Below are positions 50,672-60,358 of a stretch of 64,000 nucleotides of DNA, piece after piece (position 1 is the stretch's first letter; every line of letters begins with the position of its first letter). The notes beneath the pieces are model-generated. The model saw only the letters and a program-made list of their open reading frames with translations, searched no databases and was not told where the DNA came from. Origin of the DNA: Thermofilaceae archaeon (GTDB lineage Archaea > Thermoproteota > Thermoprotei > Thermofilales > Thermofilaceae); assembly GCA_038861545.1 (NCBI GenBank), contig JAWCCZ010000001.1, positions 480,001 to 544,000 of the forward strand. The letters are read 5' to 3'. The position numbers and the translations under genes are program-made.

Positions 50672-50856
50672 AGTATGAATGCTGCACTATCGCTTATGAA
50701 TCTTACCCAGCGAGAGCCGACAGTTTTCATCACCTAAGCTCGAAAACCATGCGTCTTCAAACGTTAATCTAGAAGCCTAGCGATCCAAAACTATACTCAT
50801 TAGATGTTAATTGATAAGAGAAAAAGTTAAAAAAGGCCAAACTGCCAAAAGGCTGG

Positions 50857-50956
50857 GGGCCCGTAGCTCAGCTCGGTTAGAGCACCCGGCTCATAACTAC
50901 AGACATTTTAGTTAGAAACCGGGGGGTCCCGGGTTCAAATCCCGGCGGGCCCACCA
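50857..50956 (+). tRNA. tRNA with CAT anticodon, most likely tRNA-Ile2(CAU); 22-nt intron at 37/38 (50896-50917); CCA encoded
   Basis: GGGCCCG acceptor pairs with CGGGCCC-A-CCA; D arm GCTC/GAGC; anticodon stem CCCGG/CCGGG; T loop TTCAAAT. GGGCCC acceptor is the archaeal Ile type rather than Met. Confidence 0.9.
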
Positions 50957-51073
50957 CTTAGGTTTTAAGTATTCCCCGAGTTTTCTAGGTCTCTCCAATT
51001 TATCGTGATAAGATTACCTCATACTTGGGTTTACACTAATTGAGTCGCCGGGGATTTAAATGCACAGTATAGT

Positions 51074-51910
51074 TTACTCGCAGAGTAGCTTTGGCAGTTT
51101 TTCTCCTAGCAGAACCTCCAGATTCAGAGTTCTCCTTGGATTCCTAGCTATCACGAGGCCCGAATAAGGTCTCCTAGTCGCTATGAAGTCTACATTATTG
51201 AAGAAGACCCACGTGAATGCCGCCGAAGCGGCTAAATCCCAGAAGTATACCTTCATTTCCTCCCTTTCTCTGGTTACGAGATCAAAGGCTAGGCGTGTTA
51301 CGTAGCCCGATTTAAAGTCCTTACCCTTATGTATAGTTAGGACTACTCTCTCTTTCTCGACTAACTCAGGGAGTACCTCCTTATACCCAACTAGGTGTGT
51401 AGTATAAACCCTGTCCGTTTCCTCGTACACAAACAATCCATCGCTTACTAGGAGTCGCGATACGCTTGATAACACCTTTATCCAATCCCAGGGGCTGAAG
51501 TGAGGCGTGGTAAAGCCCCATAGGAGCGCTACATTAAACTCTGCGCCGAGATCAGCTCCTATTATATCGCATTCTACAATGTTAGGCATGAAACCTAGCT
51601 CTCTGGAGCAGAAGTCGACAGCCTTATCGAGGGCTTCACGGCGGAGGTCGAGTAGGGTTAAAGTAACCTCAACACCTATATTTCTTAAAACCTTAGCCAG
51701 AGCGATGCCTCCGATACCAGTACCGCTGCACACGTCAATTACCTTAAGCATTCTCCTTTTATTGAGAAACTCTTTAAACCACTCATGTTTAACTACTGTT
51801 TCAAGCTCGGAAACGGAGGTTTGATATCTTCGAAGCCCCTCGGCTGTTGAGGGATCCTCAGGCCAAGGGAATACCCTGTACAGTCTATTCAGGTACTCAT
51901 GCTTAGACAT
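51074..51910 (-). CDS. Class I SAM-dependent methyltransferase
   Basis: VIDVCSGTGIGG, LLDLR, LLVSDGLFV. Confidence 0.85.
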   Translation of the reverse strand: MSKHEYLNRLYRVFPWPEDPSTAEGLRRYQTSVSELETVVKHEWFKEFLNKRRMLKVIDVCSGTGIGGIALAKVLRNIGVEVTLTLLDLRREALDKAVDFCSRELGFMPNIVECDIIGADLGAEFNVALLWGFTTPHFSPWDWIKVLSSVSRLLVSDGLFVYEETDRVYTTHLVGYKEVLPELVEKERVVLTIHKGKDFKSGYVTRLAFDLVTREREEMKVYFWDLAASAAFTWVFFNNVDFIATRRPYSGLVIARNPRRTLNLEVLLGEKLPKLLCE

Positions 51911-52068
51911 AAAGCCACCGGCTCCTTACTCAATAACTTTGAAGTGCTGTTCTATTATATTTTTAGCTGAGAGCGTACGGCGCTGTTCAAAGGTTAAAAC
52001 CGCGAGATTATGATAAGCGAGCCGCCCAAGACTCCAGTATGCCAGTTTAATGCTTCACAGCTAATTCG

Positions 52069-53088
52069 TTACTGAATCGGTGGCGGAATATGGAGAATCG
52101 GCTTGGGCTTATACGGCTCCTCCATATACTTTATTTCGTCGCTTGTGAGCTTCACGTTTAACGCCTCTACCGCTTCCTCTAGGTGTTCTACCTTACTAGT
52201 ACCTATGATGGGCGCGGTTACACCTTTGTGGAACAGCCAAGCCAGGGCAATCTGCGCCGGTGTTACACTTTTACTATTCGCGACTTCGACGACTCTCTTA
52301 ACGATCTCGGCGTTCTCAGGGGGCTCCACATAAGCTTTATAGGCGTAGAAGTTCGGGTCTCTCAGCCTAGCGGGGTCGTTTGGACCAATAACGATTCTCC
52401 CATCTTTCAGGAACCTGCCGGTGAGCACCCCTACAGCGTTAGGGCTGTAAGCTAAGTAAGCTATGTTATGCGCTTTACAGAACGGTATCATTTCCCTTTC
52501 CTCCTCCCTATAAAGGAGGTTGTAAGGCGTCTGAGTGCTGGTGAATTTCTCGTAACCCTTAAACTCGGCAGTGAAGATAGCCTTAGCGAACTGCCAGGTA
52601 TACATGCTAGAGGCGCCGATATACCTAACTTTACCTTGATGCACTAAATCGGTTAAAGTTGAAAGGGTCTCTTCGATAGGTGTTTCATAGTCCCACCTGT
52701 GAATTTGGTAAAGGTCCACGTAGTCAGTCCTAAGCCTACGAAGGGAATCGTTTATTTGTTTCATAATATGTTTCCTCGATAACCCCCTGTCATTCGGTTT
52801 ATTACTCATGGGGAAGTATACCTTCGTAGCAACTACAGCATCATCCCTTCTCCCCTCCAGGAATTCGCCTAAGATTTCTTCGGACTTGCCCATCGAGTAC
52901 ACGTTAGCAGTATCGAAGAAGTTGACGCCTAGATCCCAAGCTTTGCTCAGCACTTTGAAAGCATCCTCCTTACCAACAACCCATCCACCGCCGCCTAAAA
53001 TCTGCAAGCTGGAATCCCCGAAAGACATGCACCCCAAGCATATTCTCGAAACTTTAAGACCCGACCATCCTAGGCGGACATACTCCAT
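52069..53088 (-). CDS. Aldo/keto reductase
   Basis: GLKVSRICLGCM, FFDTANVY, VATK, DLYQIHRWD, GKVRYIG, AQIALAW. Confidence 0.95.
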   Translation of the reverse strand: MEYVRLGWSGLKVSRICLGCMSFGDSSLQILGGGGWVVGKEDAFKVLSKAWDLGVNFFDTANVYSMGKSEEILGEFLEGRRDDAVVATKVYFPMSNKPNDRGLSRKHIMKQINDSLRRLRTDYVDLYQIHRWDYETPIEETLSTLTDLVHQGKVRYIGASSMYTWQFAKAIFTAEFKGYEKFTSTQTPYNLLYREEEREMIPFCKAHNIAYLAYSPNAVGVLTGRFLKDGRIVIGPNDPARLRDPNFYAYKAYVEPPENAEIVKRVVEVANSKSVTPAQIALAWLFHKGVTAPIIGTSKVEHLEEAVEALNVKLTSDEIKYMEEPYKPKPILHIPPPIQ

Positions 53089-53240
53089 ACGGATAGCATG
53101 AATGCTTTTTCTTATATAGATGTTCCAAACGTTTCGCTAAATAGGTAGTTTATAGGCATCACCGGCATATTTGTTCAGTCACTTGAGCAAGCTGGTTGCC
53201 TGCAGCAATCGATTTGTATCTCTTCTTGGGTTTTACTCGC

Positions 53241-55955
53241 ATGGATAAGTTTAACCTGATTTTAATCGCTCATACTCATTGGGATCGAGAGTGGTACTAC
53301 ACATTTGATAAATTCAGGTATAGGTTAGTTAAGTGTCTCGACAGTGTACTAGACCTGTTAAAAGATCCTCGCTATGGTTCTTTCATGCTCGACGGACAGG
53401 TCGCCCCCCTAGATGACTATCTCGAGCTTCGACCGGAGAAAGCCTTAGAGGTTAAGGAACTTATTTCAAAGAACCGGTTAATTATTGGCCCTTGGTATGT
53501 TCAGCCTGACGAGTTCCTGGTTCACGAGGAATCACTTATCAGGAATTTAATGTATGGACGCATGCGAGCGAAGGAGTACGGCGGGTTTTCCAACATTGGG
53601 TATTTACCTGACACATTTGGCCACACCGCTCAACTGCCGCAGATTCTAAAGGGTTTCGGCATTGACACATTTGTTTTCCACCGCGGGATGGGAGAAGAGT
53701 TCGAAAAAGTTGGTACGCCATTTTCTTGGGTAGCCCCAGATGGGAGCGAAGTCTCCGCGCTCTTCCTCTATGGGGGTTACTGCAACCTAGCCTGGCTTCC
53801 TCCTGATCCTGACGCGGCCGCTGAGATGGTCCGCGAGCTATACGAGCTTTGGAGAAAGTACTTGCGTATCAGGTCTATCCCCGGGATGGTGGGTTGCGAT
53901 CACCACCTGCCTAAAGATTATTTGCCGAAGATTTCAGAGGAGCTTTCTCGTAGAAACCTGCCTGTACGTGTTTTTCAAGGGACACTGGATGAGGTTCTCA
54001 CCGAAGCCCGTAAGGCGAGGCTAGGCAGGGTTAGTGGTGAGCTGTTAAGTAGTCGGTACCACTGGGTTTTATACGGTGTTTGGTCGACGCGGACATACTT
54101 GAAACAGGTGAACTTTGAGTGTGAAAGTTTAATGATCTACTCCGTCGAGCCGCTTTGGTCCATAGCTTACGTGCTCACCGGCATTTATCCGGAGAAGGAG
54201 ATTTGGCAAGCTTGGCGTTACCTACTGCTCTGTCACCCGCATGACTCGATCTGCGGCTGTAGCGTTGACGAAGTTCACCGAGAAGTGGAGGCTAGACTGA
54301 TGAAGGTTAGAGAGCTAGGAGAGGAGTTGCTGCATTGCACGGGCAGGAAGTATGGGTCTCTGGAGGGTTTCTTAGCCGGCAGGGCGGGTTACAGCTATGA
54401 GTGGCATGCAATGCCCTTGATCGCGTCTAAGGTAGACCTTTCCTTCGCTGGTGACTCCGCTTACGTTATCGCCTTTAACACTCTACCGTGGAGGAGGAGA
54501 GCTGTCGTGAAGCTGAGGATTAAACCTTACAAGTTTACAGCACTAATGCTTGATGAACTAGCCCGAGTATCTAGCAGAAACTTATCGAAAGACATTTCTA
54601 AATTGATTGAAAAAGGGGTGGTTATCAGCTTTGATTTAAGGGGAGCATCCCTAAAGAGCGCGGAAGGGGAGCTTATTCCCTGTCAAGCAAGGGAACTAGA
54701 GGATGGAACGATAGAGTTTACATGGGTTGACGAACTCCCCGCTACAGGTTACAAAGCTTACGCCGTTGAGCCCGGGATCCAGCCTGTTACAGCGATGAGG
54801 TGGGGGCAAGCTTATATCGAAAACGAGTACTTTAGGGTAGAGTTCGATTTAGAGAATGGCGGAGCCCTAAAGTTAACCGATAAGAGAAGTGGGGAGGTGT
54901 ACGAGGGGCTGGTTTTGCTCGAAGACGGGGGAGACGTCGGAGACGAGTATGACTATTCACCTCCCCTACTGGATCATGTTTTAACAAGCCGTGGCTTTCG
55001 CGCCAACTTTAACGTAGTTGAGAGCGGGCCGGTCTACATTCGAGCTAAAGTGTCCTACACATTAAAATTACCAGTTGCAGCCTCTCTGAACGGGAAATCT
55101 AGGAGTAAAGAAGAGGTAAACATTCCAGTAGAAATTTACGCAACATTGTTTTCGGGAATACCGCGGCTCGATTTAGATATAATTATCGATAACAGGGCTA
55201 AGGATCACAGGCTTAGGGTGGTTTTCCCAACAGGGGTTAAAAGCGCAAAGCATTTAGCGAAGACACACTATATGGTTATTGAGAGGCCCAACAAGTCACC
55301 GTTCCATTATCGTAGAGGTGAGGAGAAAGCTTCAATACACACGTGGCCAACAAGACTCTGGGTATCTGTCGAAGATGGGAGAAGAGGGTTATGCGTGGTT
55401 GCTAAAGGATTGTATGAGTATGAAGTACGGGAAAGAGATGGGGCGGAGATAGTTTACACACTGTTAAGATCTGTAGGTTGGCTTTCGCGAAGTGACTTAC
55501 TCACTAGACCCGGACACGCAGGCCCGGAGATTCAAACCCCTGATGCCCAGTGCCCTGGGTTACGTAAATTCGAACTTTGCATTATCCCATATTCAGGAAG
55601 TTGGGCTGAAGCGGGAGTGCACAGGACCGCTTTAGAGTACGTTGCACCGGGTCTAGCGCATGAAGATATTCCTCATAAAGGCGATTTACCGTCACAGTAT
55701 TCGCTCCTTGAAGTCAACAGCGATCTGCTACTCTTCTCAGCATTAAAAAAGAGCTTGGATGGAAGGGGCTTTATACTAAGGATTTACAACCCCACGCCGA
55801 GAGAGGTACCAGCTTCAGTGAAGCTAAACATTAAATCCCGAAGAGTCTTTAGAACCAGGCTTGACGAAACCCCTGTAGAGGAGCTGATGCCAAGCAGCGA
55901 GCTAAAGCTTAAGATCATGCCTTACAAGGTCGAAACTATAAAGGTAGAGCTCTAA
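53241..55955 (+). CDS. Alpha-mannosidase GH38 (MngB-like)
   Basis: HTHWDREWY, MLDGQ, IGPWY, YLPDTFGH, HPHDSICGCS, GDEYDYS; ATG at 53241 preferred over TTG at 53196. Confidence 0.9.
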   Translation: MDKFNLILIAHTHWDREWYYTFDKFRYRLVKCLDSVLDLLKDPRYGSFMLDGQVAPLDDYLELRPEKALEVKELISKNRLIIGPWYVQPDEFLVHEESLIRNLMYGRMRAKEYGGFSNIGYLPDTFGHTAQLPQILKGFGIDTFVFHRGMGEEFEKVGTPFSWVAPDGSEVSALFLYGGYCNLAWLPPDPDAAAEMVRELYELWRKYLRIRSIPGMVGCDHHLPKDYLPKISEELSRRNLPVRVFQGTLDEVLTEARKARLGRVSGELLSSRYHWVLYGVWSTRTYLKQVNFECESLMIYSVEPLWSIAYVLTGIYPEKEIWQAWRYLLLCHPHDSICGCSVDEVHREVEARLMKVRELGEELLHCTGRKYGSLEGFLAGRAGYSYEWHAMPLIASKVDLSFAGDSAYVIAFNTLPWRRRAVVKLRIKPYKFTALMLDELARVSSRNLSKDISKLIEKGVVISFDLRGASLKSAEGELIPCQARELEDGTIEFTWVDELPATGYKAYAVEPGIQPVTAMRWGQAYIENEYFRVEFDLENGGALKLTDKRSGEVYEGLVLLEDGGDVGDEYDYSPPLLDHVLTSRGFRANFNVVESGPVYIRAKVSYTLKLPVAASLNGKSRSKEEVNIPVEIYATLFSGIPRLDLDIIIDNRAKDHRLRVVFPTGVKSAKHLAKTHYMVIERPNKSPFHYRRGEEKASIHTWPTRLWVSVEDGRRGLCVVAKGLYEYEVRERDGAEIVYTLLRSVGWLSRSDLLTRPGHAGPEIQTPDAQCPGLRKFELCIIPYSGSWAEAGVHRTALEYVAPGLAHEDIPHKGDLPSQYSLLEVNSDLLLFSALKKSLDGRGFILRIYNPTPREVPASVKLNIKSRRVFRTRLDETPVEELMPSSELKLKIMPYKVETIKVEL

Positions 55956-56169
55956 CCTTTATTATATATGGTAAACTAGTATAGCGTATTTCGCTCATAG
56001 CTCAGCATTAACTGCATAGTTGGATAAGAGGTGGACATGCTTTTAGAAATAAAACTTAGAGTAACAATGAGTTAGGCTCAGTTTTTATTTAATTGACCAG
56101 AATTCTGCGAAAGATTCAATTAGTAGCAAAGAATAGACGGGTAAAAGGTACACTTTCAGTGTCTAGAGG

Positions 56170-57123
56170 GTGCCCGGCATGGTTTACAGAGAGTTCATCG
56201 CTTACCAATATTCCGGGTTTCAAAGTTTCCGTAAGTTTGCCTACCTGATCATATTACTATATCATAATGTCAGGGTTAGGGATTGGAGAGCTTATATGGC
56301 GATGGGAATGCTTGGTTACCTACATTACTCCCAAAATTTACCGGCCAGCAGGTTTATCCTGAATGCTATTATGCTGGCTATCACTTTAGTATTGTACTTG
56401 GCTTTTGCTTTTTCCATTAATAACTGCTTTGACGTAGACTGCGATAGGCTTCAACAGCGAAAACTTACTAAAAATCCGATAGCATCGGGCTTGATCAATT
56501 TCAAAACCGGTCTAGTGTTTTCTTTATGCTTAGCATTTACAGGCTTCTTGCTCACTCTGATATGGTTTCAACCAGCCGGCACCCCCTCAACAATATATCT
56601 GGCTTTACTGACTCTAGCCGGTTTTTACTCTTCACCCCCTTTAAGGTTTAAATCGAAGCCATTTTTCGACCTCTTATCGCATAGCTTATTCTTCGGAGGT
56701 TTATTATACCTGTATGGAGCATCGGCAGGAGGAGGGTTACCTCTTTACTTATTGCCCATAGCCTTATCCATATCTTTATATTCTATAATATTGGAGCTAA
56801 GAAACCATATCGAAGATTTTCAGGCGGATGCCAGCGCGGGGGTTAGAACTGTAGTTATTCGACTGGGGTGCAAAAGATCGGAAACTATTTTACGGGTACT
56901 TCTAACTTGGCATTGGATATGCCTAGCCGCCATTTCAATTATTTCTTATCCCTATGCTACAGTAATACCAGTGGCAGCTCTTATCTACCTGTTAGCCCGG
57001 TGGGAGAGCGTCAGTATTTCATCAAGTTACCTTAGAGTGGCTGATTTGGCGACCTGTATCTTTTACTCTGTGATTACGTTCCCGCATGTCTTGACAATTG
57101 TGCTGAGGGTGTTGACTCTTTGA
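56170..57123 (+). CDS. UbiA family prenyltransferase
   Basis: INNCFDVDCD, NPIASG, YSSPPLRFK, NHIEDFQADASAGVRT; start uncertain. Confidence 0.88.
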   Translation: MPGMVYREFIAYQYSGFQSFRKFAYLIILLYHNVRVRDWRAYMAMGMLGYLHYSQNLPASRFILNAIMLAITLVLYLAFAFSINNCFDVDCDRLQQRKLTKNPIASGLINFKTGLVFSLCLAFTGFLLTLIWFQPAGTPSTIYLALLTLAGFYSSPPLRFKSKPFFDLLSHSLFFGGLLYLYGASAGGGLPLYLLPIALSISLYSIILELRNHIEDFQADASAGVRTVVIRLGCKRSETILRVLLTWHWICLAAISIISYPYATVIPVAALIYLLARWESVSISSSYLRVADLATCIFYSVITFPHVLTIVLRVLTL

Positions 57124-58235
57124 GGGTGATTCTTTCCAGTGATTATTTTTACCCTAAAATTGGGGGAATAACAACTCATATTGAATACTTAGCTAAATCG
57201 CTTGAGCAGAAAGGTCATGAGATAGTTATCCTAACCAAAAAAGGTAACTTTAACGATGCCTCTCATCGTTTGAACGTTGTTAGAGTTAATTCTCTTTTCA
57301 ATTATTCGGGTGTTTTAGACTTACCCAGCACTGACGAAATCGATCGTATTATCGAGCAGATGAAGCCCGACATCTTGCATGCTCACCATGCTTTTTCACC
57401 GTTATCGCTATTCTCTCTATCAATAGCGAAGAAACGCGGTGTAGCTACAGTGCTTACAAATCATTCAATTCAGTTCATGTACAATTTCGATCTCCTGTGG
57501 AGGCCGTCATCATATATTCTATTCCCAATACGTCAAATGATAAACAGTGCCGATAGAATAATAGCCGTAAGCCAAGCTGCTAAAGAGTTTATCCGCTACT
57601 TTACAGATAAGGATATAGTGACGATACCGAACGGAGTAAACGTCAGAGAATTTGCTCCTGAGAAGAAAGAATTCGATGGGAGAAGCATACTCTTCGTCGG
57701 CAGGCTCGTTTATAGGAAAGGCGTACATCTCTTGCTGGAAGTAATGCTCCACGTTCTCACGAAGCTGCCTGATGTATGTTTAACGATAGCTGGTACAGGT
57801 TACTTAGCCACGTTTGTAAGGTATCTCATCAAAGATTGGGGGTTGCAAAGAAACGTAACGGTTATCCTAAAGCCTAGCAGGCTAAAGTTGATCGAACTTT
57901 ACCGTAAAGCTAACGTGTTTGTACTTCCATCGATTTACGGCGAGTCCTTCGGGATTGTTGCGCTTGAGGCGATGGCCTCTAAAACCCCCATAGTTGCAGC
58001 AAACCAAGGTGGAATAAGTGAAATTATTAAACACGGGGAAACAGGGTTTCTGGTAGATAAAGGCAACGTTAAATTGATGGCTGATTACATCATCCAAGTT
58101 CTAGAGGATAAGAGCTACGCTAGAGCTGTTTCCGAGAGAGCTTTCAAAAACGTGTGGAACTACGATTGGAGTGTAATAACTCCGAGGATAGAGAAAGTCT
58201 ACGAGGAGGTTATTGCCGACTCGAAAACACCTTAA
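57120..58235 (+). CDS. GT4 glycosyltransferase, PIG-A-like
   Basis: SDYFYPKIGGITTH, HAHHAFS, TNHS, IPNGV, FVGRL.YRKG, ESFGIVALEAMA. Confidence 0.88.
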   Translation: MRVILSSDYFYPKIGGITTHIEYLAKSLEQKGHEIVILTKKGNFNDASHRLNVVRVNSLFNYSGVLDLPSTDEIDRIIEQMKPDILHAHHAFSPLSLFSLSIAKKRGVATVLTNHSIQFMYNFDLLWRPSSYILFPIRQMINSADRIIAVSQAAKEFIRYFTDKDIVTIPNGVNVREFAPEKKEFDGRSILFVGRLVYRKGVHLLLEVMLHVLTKLPDVCLTIAGTGYLATFVRYLIKDWGLQRNVTVILKPSRLKLIELYRKANVFVLPSIYGESFGIVALEAMASKTPIVAANQGGISEIIKHGETGFLVDKGNVKLMADYIIQVLEDKSYARAVSERAFKNVWNYDWSVITPRIEKVYEEVIADSKTP

Positions 58236-58261
58236 ATCTTAGGTTGTAAACCGGATTTATC

Positions 58262-58666
58262 CTAAACGTAACCTTTCGGCTCTCCTTTCTCAGGCTGGGG
58301 GGCTGAGACCGGCATTGGTACCGGCGGAGGCAGACCAATCTCCCTCGATAAGAGGGCAATTATGGGAAAGAGATAACTATAGATCGAAGCAGCTATAGCA
58401 GGTGGAGCTTGTCCGCTTTTCACCCCGTTTTCCAGTGAGTTACATTCTTCTTCATTGCTCGGGGTAATATTCGCTAAACCTTTCACATCTATTGAAGCTA
58501 TCGGAGGCGAGTACTCGAGCTTGACTACAAAGCTAAGCCTGTACCCTGGTTGGCTTTTTTCAAGCTTACCTAACATTATGTTAACATTGATCCCGAGCTG
58601 GCTAATAGCCTCGAAATTATACCTTTCAGCCCGTATACTCTCCACTTGGAACGAGAGGTTAGGCAT
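58262..58666 (-). CDS. Archaeal SecB-like fold protein (start ATG 58666)
   Basis: MPNLSFQVESIRAERY...FVVKLEYSPPIASIDVKG...LLSREIGLPPPVP; the longer ORF call overlaps the opposite-strand gene. Confidence 0.55.
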   Translation of the reverse strand: MPNLSFQVESIRAERYNFEAISQLGINVNIMLGKLEKSQPGYRLSFVVKLEYSPPIASIDVKGLANITPSNEEECNSLENGVKSGQAPPAIAASIYSYLFPIIALLSREIGLPPPVPMPVSAPQPEKGEPKGYV

Positions 58667-58748
58667 ACTCCACCTTCCATAAACTTCTAAAGTTATAATT
58701 TTTTGCATTCCAGATATTATGGGCTGGGCTAAAAGGCTATAAAGAGCA

Positions 58749-60167
58749 GTGTCTAAATTAGCGCCTATGGATAATGTGTTGCATTTCATGACTACCCCCT
58801 TACCGGGAGACCTGTGTTCACTTTTAGAGCGAGGTGAGTTTTCGAAAGCAGAGCAGTTAATAGCGGAAATGCTTCGCATCGCTACAGGAGTTGAACGGTT
58901 AAGGCTTGAATTCGAACTCGATAGAATTGCCAGGTGGAGGTATGAATTCCCTTACACACTGGATCAAGGATTTAGAGAGCTTGGAAAAGAGGTACCGGAT
59001 CTAAAGCGTGAAGAAATGGAGGCGTTATTAACTGAAGGTTGTCTAGATTACTCTATTATCGATGGAGAGGTAAGGCTGTTAAGAAGGTTTGTTCCCAATG
59101 CATTCTGGATGTGCCCTAAGCTGAAAGCGAGGCGGGCTAAAGGCTGGGATGAGCTTAATTGGGCTGTTAACGCTGTCTTAAAGAGCCGTGCTAACCGCGT
59201 AACCCAAACCGCCCGCGAACTCGGCGGTGGACATGTGTTGCCTTTGAAGTACAGAGTTAGGGCTGAAATAGTAGTTAAACCAGGTGTGGCTCCTAAAGGA
59301 GAAACTCTTAGAGTATGGTTACCATTGCCGCGGGTCTGTGATCTACATCCCGAAGTGCGAATACTTTCAGCCGAACCTAGACCCGTTCACGTTGCATGTG
59401 ACTACCATCCTCAGAGGACTGCCTATTTCGAAGTTGAAATGGGAACTAAGGGTAGTGCGTGCAGCCTAGAGTTTGAGTTTGTCTCTCGGGGATTCTACAT
59501 AGAAGTTGATCCTCAACAGGTTTACGTTGACGAGAAGTCAGATATCTATGAGCTTTACACCTCAGAGCGCCCACCGCATGTCGTGAAGACACCTTGCATG
59601 GTGGATCTAGCTCAACGCATTGTAGGGGATGAGAAAAACCCCTACTTAGTGGCTAAGAGAATCTGGGATTGGGTAACGAGCAACGTACGCTACACCTATG
59701 CCAGAGATTATACTTTGTATAACTGTATAAGCAAATACGTGGCTAAAGAAAAGCGGGGAGACTGTGGCATGCAAGCATTACTTTTCATCACTTTATGCCG
59801 CATAGCGGGTGTGCCGGCACGATGGCAGTCAGGCTGGTACATGAATCCAGTGAAATGGGGGATGCATGATTGGGCTCAATTTTATGTTGAGCCGTATGGG
59901 TGGCTCTACGCAGACCCTAGCTTCGGTGGAAAATGGCGTGGTGAGGGGTGGAGAAACAGCTTCTATTTCGGTAATAGTGAGGGTTATAGAATGGCTCCCA
60001 ACATCGAGGTATCATCATGTTTTGATCCCCCCAAAAAATTCTTTAGATCCGATCCCGTCGACAGTCAACGTGGCGAGGTAGAATGGGAGCGCGGCAATCT
60101 CTATTACGATAAGTGGGACTTCCAGCTACGTGTTCTCGAAGTTAAAAGCTTAGAGGAGCTTGAGTGA
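58749..60167 (+). CDS. Transglutaminase-like domain protein
   Basis: Cys-His-Asp triad: GDCG, HDWAQFY, GWLYADPS; LCRIAGVPAR. Confidence 0.88.
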   Translation: MSKLAPMDNVLHFMTTPLPGDLCSLLERGEFSKAEQLIAEMLRIATGVERLRLEFELDRIARWRYEFPYTLDQGFRELGKEVPDLKREEMEALLTEGCLDYSIIDGEVRLLRRFVPNAFWMCPKLKARRAKGWDELNWAVNAVLKSRANRVTQTARELGGGHVLPLKYRVRAEIVVKPGVAPKGETLRVWLPLPRVCDLHPEVRILSAEPRPVHVACDYHPQRTAYFEVEMGTKGSACSLEFEFVSRGFYIEVDPQQVYVDEKSDIYELYTSERPPHVVKTPCMVDLAQRIVGDEKNPYLVAKRIWDWVTSNVRYTYARDYTLYNCISKYVAKEKRGDCGMQALLFITLCRIAGVPARWQSGWYMNPVKWGMHDWAQFYVEPYGWLYADPSFGGKWRGEGWRNSFYFGNSEGYRMAPNIEVSSCFDPPKKFFRSDPVDSQRGEVEWERGNLYYDKWDFQLRVLEVKSLEELE

Positions 60168-60358
60168 GTAGAAAAGTAATTTCTTGGAGTAAACTAAATT
60201 CAAACTACCAGATTCCATCCTTAGAGATGAAGAATCCCTAGCAGGCTAAGCTGTGACAGCCATTTCCTCGAGATAGTTATACAACAGTTTTGAACTTTCT
60301 CAAGAGTTTGCTGTGACTCCTTTAGACAAGATTATTTAGATATATACGTGATAAACAA

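Noticed and set aside
50857-50956. tRNA-Met (initiator or elongator)
   Set aside because: No A1-U72 pair or triple G-C initiator signature; the GGGCCC acceptor stem matches the archaeal Ile type.
51042-51060. Inverted partial match to the tRNA T-arm (TTTAAATCCCCGGCG on the minus strand) as a possible att site
   Set aside because: Short, mismatched and inverted rather than direct; no integrase nearby.
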